64,000 nt of DNA, taken from Podarcis tiliguerta. Taxonomy: Eukaryota. The notes under the pieces were generated by a model. That model was not told the DNA's origin and searched no databases. It saw only the letters and a list, made by a program, of their open reading frames with translations. Position 1 is the stretch's first letter. Each line of letters begins with the position of its first letter. A program made the translations under genes and the position numbers. The DNA lies in NCBI GenBank assembly GCA_965153285.1, contig OZ229113.1; one strand, 5' to 3'. Positions 1 to 11,302 of this stretch are shown here, one piece after another.

Positions 1-4
1 AATA

Positions 5-243
5 CAGGTACCTTGGTTTAAGAACAGCCCGGTTTACAAACTATTCAGTTTATGAACTACGCAAAACCCCAAGTAGTGTCCCGGTTTGCGAACTTTACCC
101 CGGTCTAAGAACGGAAGCCAAATGGTAGAAGGGCACTGGTGGTGGGGGGCCTCCTTAGGGAAAGCGTACCTCAGTTTAAGAACAGTTTCGGTTTAAGAAT
201 GGGCCTCCAGAACGGATTAAGTTCATAAACAGAGGCACCAATG
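5..243. mobile_element. Tc1/mariner (Tigger-like) MITE, degenerate copy
   Basis: Degenerate CAGTGGTACCTCGG-type TIRs with TA flanks. Confidence 0.8.
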
Positions 244-387
244 TACTCAACTGAAAAACGACATCCAACAAGAAATTAAGACAAGTGACTTTCACTACAA
301 AAAACAAGCTTGAAACGAACATGAAAATATTTTAGGTATCAAAAACAAAATACTATGTTTAGATTTTTAAAAATGACATATACTTAC

Positions 388-568
388 CACATGCCTCAGC
401 AATAAGCTTAGTAAGAAATATTTCACTGCCACATTGTTTACTCATTATTGAAGTTTGCAGCAAAGATGCCACTTCTTCAACATCCCGAAGATTTTTTGCA
501 GAGCAGCACACTAGATCAGGAAGTATCTCTAAGGCTTTCTTCATAGCTTTTTCATAGCCTTCAATTAG
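388..568 (-). CDS. CCT8: CCT8 exon 5 (LIEGYEKAMKKALEILPDLVCCSAKNLRD...IAEAC); gene continues beyond the left edge
   Basis: 181 nt, ttttag acceptor and gtaagt donor; frame continuous with exon 4. Confidence 0.97.
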
Positions 569-654
569 CTAAAATTAAAGACACTAGCATGTCTGTACTG
601 TGATGCATAAGTTGTTAAAAGTTCAAAGTCAGTTTCATATCTTAACCTCACAAA

Positions 655-796
655 GGATTGGATTCAGACTTCCCAAGAATAAAACTCTGCCAACTGGACT
701 CTTCCATAAGCAGAAGCAGGGAAAGTGACCAGTTTTCCCTGAAGCCCCATTCCACACAAAAAGAGCCATTTTGACAGGGACATCTGGATCCAACCC
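655..796. mobile_element. Small degenerate MITE in CCT8 intron 4
   Basis: Imperfect inverted ends ggattggattcaga / tctggatccaacc. Confidence 0.4.
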
Positions 797-938
797 AATC
801 TCCACAAGGCAAAATAGGACACAATTAGGAATGGAAAAATTAAGAGGATAAACAAGAGACTGAGTTTCATACACAATTATTCAAAGATCCTAGAATACTA
901 ATTTGAATTGCAATAATCTGAACAAAATAAAAGATTAC

Positions 939-1088
939 CTCTGAAACAGAAAGTCCCATTCTTAGAAGCTCCTCTGCATGTTCTAGGAGGGCTCCAGCAA
1001 ACACAAGAACAAAATTTGTTCCATCACCAACTTCTTGCTCTTGCATGTGAGAAGCCAAGGCAATCATTTTTGCAGCTGGATGTTGAAC
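939..1088 (-). CDS. CCT8: CCT8 exon 4 (VQHPAAKMIALASHMQEQEVGDGTNFV...SVSE)
   Basis: 150 nt, AG/GT flanks; GDGTN P-loop variant characteristic of subunit theta. Confidence 0.98.
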
Positions 1089-1556
1089 CTGTTTAAGATT
1101 TTGTATCAGAGAACACTATTAAGCACACTTGTGTATATTCAGTAACTAATAGCATGCTTCAATATGTATTATGCTGCATTACAAAGTCAAAACATTTAAC
1201 TAATTCAGTGCACCTAAATCTTATTATGCGGCAACAGTCATTAAAACACATATGTGAAATAGCAAAACTTTGGCGTAATTAACAAGTTCTTCATACAATC
1301 TTAGCAGCACACATTTCTTATAATCATGCTAATTCAACACTGATATACACAAAGCTGCCTGTACCACAAATTTCTATCCATCCCATACACCCCACCCAAA
1401 GGTGTCTTTGGACCCCTTCACAGGGAAACAACACAGGCCTAGAAAAGCTTAGCTTGTAACAGATAGCATACACAATGTTTCGCCATAAATAATCCTCATG
1501 TACAAGTCAATATATCCTTAGCAGACTACAAATGAATAAGGCAGGAAGGAATTTAC

Positions 1557-1636
1557 CTCCAACTCTCTTAGGATGGTAGCAGCATCATTAGTAACAAAAA
1601 GCTTCTCCAAATGATTGATAACCATTTTGTTCATCC
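1557..1636 (-). CDS. CCT8: CCT8 exon 3 (MNKMVINHLEKLFVTNDAATILRELE)
   Basis: 80 nt; poly-T tract with AAG acceptor; gtaaat donor; VTNDAATIL chaperonin signature. Confidence 0.97.
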
Positions 1637-1746
1637 CTTTAAAAAAAAAAAAAGAACACCTCAAGTATGTGAATGACAATTTAATATAACTAGACAGTGT
1701 TATGAAATGTGAATTAGTTTCAGGATTTAATTCTATCTAATTCTCC

Positions 1747-1812
1747 TGGCGTGCTCTGGTCCATGGGGTCACGAAGAGTCGGACACGACTAAACGACTAA
1801 ACAACAACAACA
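1747..1812 (+). mobile_element. Extremely 5'-truncated Bov-B LINE (3' end only)
   Basis: Near-identical to the 3' end of the Bov-B at 13158-13223; (CAA)n tail; TSD AATTCTCC at 1739-1746 and 1813-1820. Confidence 0.92.
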
Positions 1813-1957
1813 AATTCTCCAAACAAATCATGGCATTGTTCCTGGGTTTATCAACAAACAAAAGCATCATAAGCTGTATTTCTTAATACATACTACATAG
1901 TCACCCTAAATTCCTCTTTTTAAGGTTATAATTTATGAATATTTTAAAAAGTCTTAC

Positions 1958-2048
1958 CATTTGGTCCATAGGCTGTGCGAGTTGTTTGAGCAAGCTCTTT
2001 ACATGCCTGAATATTTCGAAACACAGCTTCTTCTAATCCTGAATAATG
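1958..2048 (-). CDS. CCT8: CCT8 exon 2 (HYSGLEEAVFRNIQACKELAQTTRTAYGPNG)
   Basis: 91 nt, ctatag acceptor and gtaaga donor, in frame with exon 1; chaperonin AYGPNG motif. Confidence 0.97.
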
Positions 2049-2307
2049 CTATAGACACAAAACAAAGTATTTTAAATTAAAGTACATGAAAAAGTATAAT
2101 ATAGTAGTGAGAGAAATATATGAGTACACAATAGACAATAACTGCATGACTAGGCAAAAAATGTTGGTAACTATGTGAAGGAGTAGATGCCAGGGCCACA
2201 GCCCCCAGGACTCCAGGACTATTTGAAGACATTGGCTGTGCATTTAAAAATCACAGGTCTAGAATCATACAAGTGAGATATAAAAACAAAGACTCATGAT
2301 TCTACAC

Positions 2308-2556
2308 CAGGGGTCAGCAAACTTTTTTCAGCAGGGGGCAGGTCCACTGTCCCTCAGACCTTGTGGGGAGCCGGACTATATTTGGGGGATGGATGAATGA
2401 ATTCCTATGCCCTACAAATAACCCAGAGGTGCATTTTAAATAAAAGCACATATTCTACTCATGTAAAAACACGCTAATTCCCGGACTGTCCACAGGCCAG
2501 ATTCAGAAGGCGACTGAGCCAGATCCGGGCCCCGGGCCTTAGTTTGTCTATCTATG
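2308..2556. mobile_element. hAT-type MITE
   Basis: CAGGGGTCAGCAAAC terminus; 8-bp TSD-like ttctacac/ttctatat; related inverted copy at 39327-39632. Confidence 0.8.
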
Positions 2557-3033
2557 TTCTATATCAAATACAGGTTTGCAGAAGGTTACTCGCCATCTTT
2601 AAGAAAAGGCAATGAACACTGAGTTAAGCCAGTCCTCCACTGTGCCCACAAACTACTGCCCACCAAGTTGTAATCCTGAACTGGCACACAGGCCGACTGA
2701 ACAGTCAAACATTTCAAGAATGCCACTGCACAGTTGGCGGCTTATTTTTGTTTGTTTGACTGATTAAAGTGTCATTTGTTATCAAAGGGAGGTAAAAGAA
2801 TAGCTTGGCCACCTAGCCCTATAGCAGTCAGGAGTGAATCTAAAAGCATAGCAAAGTTTATCCCAGTGGCTACCCATTATAGGTGCAAGCATCTCCAAAT
2901 AGAAATAGATGGAAACATCATTGCCACTGGCAACATGTCGAACTAGGCCCCAGCTTCAAAGATTAACTCAATCATAAAACTCATATACCGTACTATAAAA
3001 CTCTTACTATAAACACAAGTAAAACACCAAGTA

Positions 3034-3247
3034 CAGTGGTACCTCGGGTTACAGATGCTTCAGGTTACAAACTCTGCTAACCCAAAGTAGTATCTCGGGT
3101 TACAAACTTTTCCCAGGATGAGAACGGAAATTGTGCGCCGGCGGTGTGGGAGGCCCCATTAGCAAAAGCGCGCCTCAGGTTAAGCACGGTTTCGGGTTAA
3201 GAATGGACCTCCAGAACAAATTACGTTTGTAACCCGAGGTACCACTG
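3034..3247. mobile_element. Tc1/mariner (Tigger-like) MITE
   Basis: Perfect TIR CAGTGGTACCTCGGGTTACA; TA TSD. Confidence 0.9.
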
Positions 3248-3599
3248 TACAGGATGTGAAAGCTCCTGGATCCTTTCCACATATGTGACCTACAATGTAA
3301 GCACATGGACCATGCAGTCACGAGTTATGTACAGTTGAGCTGCACAGGTGTCTTAAGCCAACCATTCCCACTCCTCCATCACCAGGGCTGCTAAGTTCAG
3401 GGTGGCAGGAGGAAATGCAGCACCCTGTCGTACTCTGAGCCTACGGCCATGGAGGTGGAAGAACAACGTGTGGGCATTCCAGCTCAGAAGAGTGAACACA
3501 GGAAGCTGCACAAAGCATCCCTGACACGAATTTGAAAGGAAAGTGGCAAGGCAATCAGCAAAGCAGCGGATGCCTTAGCTCTGGGCCGGTTCTGCTTCA

Positions 3600-4460
3600 G
3601 AATCGGAACCTTAGCAACTCCCTTTAACGAAAAAGTCCGCCGCCGGCCGCGAACTTGGCGCGTGCCCATGACGTCAGCAAACGTGAAAAGAAGTCACCGT
3701 CACCCACCCCTCTACCGCGCGCGAGCCCCCGAGTTGCTAGGCAGCGGGCGCGCCAATGAGTGCGGCGAGAGAGACGTCAGGTGACAGGGAAGGGACATGA
3801 ATGAAATATTAGGGCGTGTCCGTTGTGACGGGAGAGTAGCCACTGGCTCCCCTTCGGAAAGCGGGGGTTGGGGGGGGGGAGCACGTTAATTCTTCAGGCG
3901 ACTGCTAACCGCCAGTGAGCGCGCGCCAAGCTAACGGGCTTCCAGTCCACGGGCGATGGGGCCCAGTAGCCCCGCCTCCTTAGAGGCGCCGGGCTGAGGC
4001 GTCGCTTCTGGAACCTTCTGCGTTCCTTCGCCGCCACGCTCGCGAGCTTCTATCTCTCTCTCACACACACACATACAATCACCCACCTTCGCTCCGTCTT
4101 TCAGCATCTGGGCGAAGCCCGGGGCCTTCGGAACGTGCATCGCCATTTCTGCGAGGTCTCGAACCACACGCGGCCGCGCACACAAGAAAAGGAAGGGAGA
4201 CGCCGAGGCGGAGTGGCAGCGCGCGCAGCTCCCGCTTCGCACGCAAGCGCAGAAGAAGAAGGGGAGGAGACTCAAGGAAATGGCTGCTGGGAGCAGAAGG
4301 CGGGAGGGATTGAGCATGCGCAGCCGGAGGTCCGCGTCGGTTTCTCTGCCTGACTCCGAAGGCGGTTTTCCCTCATCATTGCAGTTGAGCGACGCCAAAG
4401 GCCCGCTTGTTCCTCTCCCTCCTCGCCTTTGCCGTTTCCACTCCAGACTTGTCGCTTGGA
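3600..4460. promoter_or_regulatory. CCT8: CCT8 CpG-island promoter and first-intron regulatory region
   Basis: CpG/GC-rich; CRE TGACGTCA 3669-3676, RFX-like GTTGCTAGGCAGC 3733-3745, CCAAT ~3753, HSE TTCtgGAAccTTC 4006-4018, NRF1-like GCATGCGCA ~4314-4322. Confidence 0.85.
4087..4146 (-). CDS. CCT8: CCT8 (TCP-1 subunit theta) exon 1 coding part, MAMHVPKAPGFAQMLKDGAK
   Basis: Matches the CCT8 N-terminus; ATG at 4146-4144; GT donor at 4086-4085; 60 nt; lies in a CpG island. Confidence 0.97.
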
Positions 4461-4660
4461 ATGTTTTCGGCTCCCTAATCTGAAACGCTTAAATCTTAGA
4501 TAGTTTCTGAACCAGATTTGATGGGGGGGGGGCTTGACTCCAAACTACGTGGCTTGCACTCATGTCCCATTGAAATAAATAGGAGGAATGAGTCATGATT
4601 TAGTTCTCATTGGTTTCAGTGGGGCTTAGGCTGCAATTCCAACCCCATTTACTTGGAAGT

Positions 4661-5873
4661 CTTCTTCTTTCTCTTCTTTGGTGATCACTCTTAGCTGAGT
4701 AAGATTGTCTTCATAAACACAGTTTTAACAGTGTGACCCTAAGTGACTCTGGAGGCCAATTCTGGGTCCACATATCCTTCCACAGTGGGGACATTGGTTT
4801 CTGGGCGGGAGTTGATCACGGTGAGGGTTTGCCAAGCATCTTAGCGCGTCTCTCCCTTGCGTCCTGAGTTCGAGTGTCTTCAAAGCCCATGACACCTTTG
4901 GTAAAGGCTGTTCTCCAACTGGAGCGCTCACAGGCCAGTGTTTCCCAGTTGTCAGTGTTTATACTACATTTTTTTAGATTTGCCTTGAGACAGTCTTTAA
5001 ACCTCTTGTTGACCACCAGCATTACGCTTTCCATTTTTAAGTTCGGAATAGAGTAGTTGCTTTGGAAGACTATCATCAGGCATCTGCACAACATGACCAG
5101 TCCAAAGAAGTTGCTGTTGAAGAATCATTGCTTCAACACTGGTGATCTTTGCTTCTTCCAGTACACTGGTATTAGTTCGCCTGTCTTCCCAAGTGATGTG
5201 TAAAAATTTTTGGAGACACTGTTGATGGAATCTTTCAAGGAGTTGGAGATGGCATTTATAAGTGGTCCATGTTTCACAAGCATATAGTAAGGTTGGTAGT
5301 ACAATAGCTTTGTAAACAAGCATTTTGGTTTCCCTGCGAACATCCCGGTCTTCAAACACTCTGCACTTCAATCAGGATAAAGCCACACTCGCAGAGCTCA
5401 GGCAATGCTTGATTTTGGCATCAGTGTTGGCCCTTGTGGAAAGATAACTGCCTAGGTAGGAGAAGTGATCAACATTTCCCAATGTTACACCATTGAATTG
5501 AATTTGTGGCACTGCAGAGGGTTTATTTTGTACTTGTTGGTTCAGCACTTTGGTTTTTGGGATGTTGAGTGATAGGCCAAGCTTTTCATAAGCTTCTGCA
5601 AAGATAATTAGGATGATTTGGAGGTCATCCTCTGAGCATGTGCAGACTACATTGTCATCAGAATACTGAAGCGCTATGACAGAAGTTATTGTAACCTTAC
5701 TCTTTGCTTTCAGCCTGCTCAGATTGAAGAGCTTTCCATCTGTTCGATATATGATTTCTACTCCGGTGGGGAGTTTCCATTCAACAAAGTGTAGGATCGT
5801 GGCAATGAAAATAATGAATAGAGTTGAGGCAATAACACAACCCTGTTTAACACCTGATCCCACTGAATGGTTC
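4661..5873 (-). mobile_element. 5'-truncated, frameshifted RTE-clade LINE (not Bov-B)
   Basis: RT motifs GVKQGCVIA and LQYSDD; C-terminal CPHCGRIC..LQSHLGSH zinc finger; (GAA)n tail; TSD ACTTGGAAGT at 4651-4660 and 5874-5883. Confidence 0.92.
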
Positions 5874-6120
5874 ACTTGGAAGTAAGTGCTATTGAATTCA
5901 GTGGGACTTCTAAATAGATAGTGTTAGCTGGGATCCAGCCCTGTAGCTTCTTGGGACCAGATAGAAATTTGTGTCCCTTTATTATTTATTTCATGTCATT
6001 TATACACTGTCCTTTAGCCAAAAAGGATATCAGAATAACTTACAGGATGTCATTACTTAAGAAGGCCCCTGCCCTCAGTGTTGCAAGGTATGGCATATGA
6101 GGGGAGGGAAAAGGAATGAG

Positions 6121-6374
6121 AAGAAGAAGAAGAAGAGTTTGGATTTGATATCCCGCCTTTCACTCCCTTTAAGGAGTCTCAAAGCGGCTAACATTCTCCT
6201 TTCCCTTCCTCCCCCACAACAAACATTCTGTGAGGTGAGTGGGGCTGAGAGACTTCAAAGAAGTGTGACTGGCCCAAGGTCACCCAGCAGCTGCATGTGG
6301 AGGAGCGGAGACACGAACCCGGTTCCCCAGATTAGGAGACTACCGCTCTTAACCACTACACCACACTGGCTCTC
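6121..6374 (-). mobile_element. tRNA-derived SINE, Squam3-like
   Basis: Minus strand starts GAGAGCCAGTGTGGTGTAGTGG (A box); GGTTCG B box; GGGTGACCTTGGGCCAGTCAC core; (TCT)n tail. Confidence 0.85.
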
Positions 6375-6521
6375 AGTGAGAACGAAGATTGTTCTGTCCA
6401 GCAAGATGAAAAGAAAAGCTTGCACTGATGGACCTATTACCATCTAACTGCACTGGATTCATCCCAGGCGCATGGAAAGAATAGAGTAAGGAAATGGACA
6501 TTGAACTGGGTTGATGGGTTT

Positions 6522-6575
6522 AGTTACAGGTAGGTAGCAGTGTTGGTCTGCCGTAGTTGAAACAAAATAAAAAAA
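6522..6575 (-). mobile_element. Terminal fragment of the Penelope-like repeat also found at 47165-47217
   Basis: Reverse complement closely matches 47165-47217. Confidence 0.65.
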
Positions 6576-6664
6576 TGGCCACCATAGAAGGATCAATTTG
6601 CCATTTAAATTATCCAGTGTCTTTTAAACCCTGCATCCAGCCAAAGTTTTTGCCAGTACAGGTA

Positions 6665-7018
6665 AGGTAAAGGTACCCCTGCCCGTACGGGCCAGTCTTG
6701 ACAGACTCTAGGGTTGTGCGCTCATCTCACTCTAGAGGCCGGGAGCCAGCGCTGTCCACAGACACTTCTGGGTCACGTGGCCAGCGTGACAAGCTGCATC
6801 TGGCGAGCCAGCGCAGCACACAGAACGCCGTTTACCTTCCCGCTGGTAAGTGGTCCCTATTTATCTACTTGCACCTGGGGGTGCTTTCGAACTGCTAGGT
6901 TGGCAGGCGCTGGGACCGAACGACGGGAGCGCACCCCGCCGCGGGGATTCGAACCGCCGACCGTATGATTGGCAAGTCCTAGGCGCTGAGGTTTTACCCA
7001 CAGCGCCACCCGCGTCCC
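6665..7018 (-). mobile_element. Full-length Sauria SINE (Squam1), young copy
   Basis: tRNA-like head with GGTTCGAATCCC; (ACCTTT)n tail; 13-bp TSD GCCAGTACAGGTA at 6652-6664 and 7019-7031; CpGs retained. Confidence 0.95.
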
Positions 7019-8584
7019 GCCAGTACAGGTACAGTAATATAAAATAAATTGATACTCAAGCAGCCACAAGGGGGCAAACTTCCCTTTATTTATACTGTAT
7101 ATAGGCCTTTCTTCATTACCATGTTGGGGCAGCATCATAAAGTGCAGTAGAAGGAAATAATGGACTCACACTTATCTTTTGCACCATGCTTTTTAGGCAC
7201 AGGTCTGTGATTTCCTGGAAAAGCAGGGACCTGTGATTAGAAAATGTCGAGGGAAATTAGTGTGGATCAGCCCAGAGTGAGGTTTATGCTACATGAGAAT
7301 ATGATTCTTCCTTCTACATTAAAAACAAAACAAAACTTGAAGCAACCTAGGCAGACTGCATCTGAGCAGAAGAATGGTGGTGGAGAGAACGTGATTTCCT
7401 CTCAGGAAGGAGAAGAGGTGGGGAAGAATATGTACAGGTTAAACAAAAATGTTTAATCTATATATATTCTTTTTCCCTACTGCCCATAAAGAAATATGCA
7501 AGGTCTTGTATTTTTATGTTGTGAACTACCCTGAGATCTGCAGATGAAGAGCAGTATACAAATTTAATAAATAAGTAATAAAAAGTAGAGCTGTATTTTG
7601 GATCATGTATTATTTTTGAAAAGTGCAAATTATGTAAGGTTGCCAAATTTCCCCCCATTCCTACTTACTTTTTTTTAAAAAATATGCTTTTCCAGTGTTC
7701 TGATGACACTTCATGTTTTCCTATCATACATTGTTTCTATACAGACCTCCCAACCCAGCACTCTGAGGCCTTTCTCCCCATTCCTACTTTTATGCCGCAG
7801 AAAAACCCTCTTGAAGTGCAACTGTTTAAAATATTGGCAATTTATACTTTTGTTGTGGTAGGGGTGGGGAATGGGGCTCCCAGAAAGTAGCAGATTGAAA
7901 AGGTCTTTGGGGAAAGAAATGGTCTGAAAATGAGCCTGGTCAATGACAGAAAAGTGACTCTACAAGGAAAACGTGTGTTGGGGAGAACAGTCTCAAGCCG
8001 AATGAGATATGTTGGGTTTTGGAGCCTTGCTTCAGCTGGTCTTTCTGAGATTTGGGGCAAGGTGTCATCAAGTCGGCTGGTGATATCCAGCTCTATTTCT
8101 CTGTAACATCTGAATCAGGGGAGGCTATGCAAGCCATGGACTGGTGCCTGGACTCAGTGGTGGGCTGGATGAGAGCCAAAAAACTGACTGAATAACTGGC
8201 CACATGGAGGCTCCGTGGTTGAGCCCTGATAATCCTTTAGGTTAAGAGTTGGTTTTATGTTTGCACATATGTTCATTTCCCCTTTCATTACATAATAAAA
8301 ACTAAAAGCAAAGAAAGACAGCAGATGAATACTTTCATATTCTGAGGAGCAAGACTATGAAACTAAAGCAGCTTTGAGCACACAGTATTCATATGAACAG
8401 TGTTGGTGGTTAGAGCAGATAATCAGTGTAGACTTGCTCCTCCATCTGTTTCTGGTTTGTTTGTTTTTTGAAAAAAATTGTCCCTTCCTCCCCTGTCAAA
8501 TGTGCCTGAAAGCAATAGTGAAAATTAGCAGCGATGAAAATGCAGGGAGCCACTTGCAAACACTTCATCTATAAGGAGCACTAG

Positions 8585-8620
8585 ATTTGGTATACTGTTG
8601 ATATTTGGTATACTGTTGAT
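8585..8620. repeat. 18-bp tandem duplication ATTTGGTATACTGTTGAT x2
   Basis: Read directly. Confidence 0.9.
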
Positions 8621-9801
8621 ATAGTTGATATTTCAGACTAGCAGGTTGTGACCTAATTCTAATGGTTGTTCCACCAACATACAAGAAGCCATGATATTAT
8701 GATAGATCAGGTCAAGTCTGCCACACAGATGTTTAAGAGCTGAGTTCCCAATGTAATACTCAAATATTAAAGCAGCTTCTTAAAATGTCTTCCTAATAAC
8801 ATCTGACTAAAATAAGAGTGAAAAAGCATGTGTCCCCACACACTTAGAATATGTCTTGAATACTTATTTGAGGCTCAGCATCTGGTCATGACTTTGAGTT
8901 GGCCTTGATCTTTATTTAGCCACACTATATTCTGCAGGGTGCTTGGCCTTGATAGAGGACCATCCAAAGGTCACAGACTTGGCTGTTGGCAGTTGCCCTC
9001 TTTTTACCAGCCAAAATCTATTACTGTACAAATGGAAATCCCCAGCTTATGTGCACCTTAGTTTTGACAAATTTAATGAGTGCTCATTAAGGTTTATTTT
9101 TGAAGAAAAAAATGCAAAAGTTTGGAAATAATAAAACACCAGAAAATTTAAGCGATGATAGGATAAAAATATGAAATCATTTTTCAGTCTGTTGGATTAG
9201 CACTGCAATTTATGCCATTGTATGCAGGTGTAATTTGTTATATGTAAACAAGTCTCCAAAAAACACTTGGGCAGTATTCAACTAATTTTTTCTCAGAGTA
9301 GACCCATTGAAATTAAGGTATTTAACTCCATCATTTTAATTCATTTCAGTGAGTGTACTCTTGAGTAAAACTAAGCTGAATATTATCCTTGAAGCTTATT
9401 TTTAACCATAAAGTTATGATTTAAAAAAATGTGTGTTAGAAGCTGCTGTCATGACACCATTTTTGGCAGCAGCTTGTATTCAGACCTAGATTAGGAGAGA
9501 CCTGTGAGATCAGAAGTACCAGTGGTAAAGGCCATGGGACAGATAGCCACAGTCACAAGCCCCAACACTGGGCCTGAGCAACAGGTTCTCAGTCAATATA
9601 CCCCCAAACAAGCATATCCAGAGACCACAACCCCTGTTGCTAAGGTCCACAAGGAACTAACCATCTCCCCATACTCCTCACTGCTGAATCACTAGTGCAG
9701 ACAACAAACCAGAAGAGGAGATAGAGTACTGTACTAGGCCAGGAGGCTAATACTTTAAGATCATCACATTAGATAAAAAGCCTGATTTAGACTCCAGACT
9801 T

Positions 9802-9985
9802 TCATAGAACCATAGAATTGTAGCATTGGAAGGGACCCTGAGGGTCATCTAGTCCAACCCCCTGCAATGCAGAAATCTTAGCTTGATCATACATGACAAA
9901 TGACCTTGACAAATGAAGTCCATCACTTCTCTCGGGAACCTGTTCTGTTGTTGTATCAGTCTGTTAGAAAGTTCTTCCTGATATT
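9802..9985 (-). mobile_element. CR1 LINE 3' fragment
   Basis: catagaa tail repeats followed by ttggaagggaccc..catctagtccaacccc. Confidence 0.8.
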
Positions 9986-11302
9986 TTTGTGGGGGAAAGC
10001 TTCATTGAAGCTCTACGAAGTTCTCAAGCTCTGACTAATACCACCAATTAGATCTCATTGCCATCAGGTGACTTGATGTGCCCCTTTTCAGGGCAGAATA
10101 TCTACAATATTTACTCTATTTGCTGAATTAATTTATTAAAGCATTCTTAATTGAGTAAAGGCATGCTCCTGATGAAATGGCAGTGGATTTCTAAAAAAAC
10201 AGTTGTTTACAAAATATTAACTGGCACTCATCATCTAAGAACAAGCATTCCTCCTGGCTTACACAGGTGGGAATGCCTCTTGGTGCAATACATGTGGGCA
10301 TCATCTAAGAATATAACAGTCTCCAAATACCGACTCGTTTTCTTATGTCTATAACGCTGACCTTCCAGGGCACATGTCTGAGATCAGGAAGAGTGAAAGA
10401 CAAGTCAAATGTAAAAGGTGAGAACTATAAATAATAGAATTGCACAAGACAAACCATTAGCTCAACATAAACGGGATATATAAACAAAATCAGTAGTTCC
10501 ATACTTTCTGCCTTCAGGTTCCTTTGGTGAGGAGCCCTTGCATTGCAGAGAATTCTGGGCACACATTCAGCTCGTGCAGGATACTGGCCGGGCATCTTGG
10601 AACAATATGCAGCAGCTGCACATTTCAGAAGGGCATAGTAGTGGTGGGCAACCTGTTTTTCAGGGAAGCCTGTCTGCCATTTCAGGTCATTTCATTGAGG
10701 GAATCCGAGAAGGGGCCTTGCTTCAAAACAACTGACCCAAACCTTTGCTGAAGTAATAAACTCAAATATGTAAGAGTTGCTTAGATACGAAACATAAATA
10801 CCATGGAGAATAGGCTCTGTGATTCATATTGTGACTAGGGAATGCAGAGAAATTGGCTCTGAATATGAAGCATAGGGGACAGATTAAATGAAAATTGGCA
10901 GGTATAATAAAACAATTGATCTTATGTAGGAAGTTTCAAGATGCTGTTTAACTTTCCATGGACTGGACTGAAAAGCAACATCCTTCTGGAAAAGAATCAG
11001 AGAATTTGCAGTGTTTGCGGTTCTGCTTGGATATTAGTCAGATTTCATTTTCTGGCTCCATATGTAAATGTATGACTACTTGAGAGGCAGGCAGCCAAAA
11101 AGATGTTGCTGCTTTTTTCACCTTAATCTGCCAACCTCTACGCATTTCACAAAGACTATTTCCCCCAATATAGCTATACCAATCAATTCATTTCTGAAGT
11201 TTGCAAAATGTCCAAAGATGTCACCTGCTTTTTAGCATTGTCTATAGCCAATACCAATATTGGTATCACCAATACCAATATTGGTATTGCCAATACCAAT
11301 GC

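Noticed and set aside
1330-1500. Possible intronic snoRNA in CCT8 intron 3
   Set aside because: Could not identify convincing C/D or H/ACA boxes with the required hairpins
3931-4398. 155-aa ORF suggesting an N-terminally extended CCT8
   Set aside because: Only MAMHVPKAPGFAQMLKDGAK is CCT8-like; the rest is promoter/5'UTR and intron read-through
6930-7018. tRNA gene (also at 51853-51925 and 6300-6374)
   Set aside because: tRNA-derived SINE heads continuous with SINE bodies and tails
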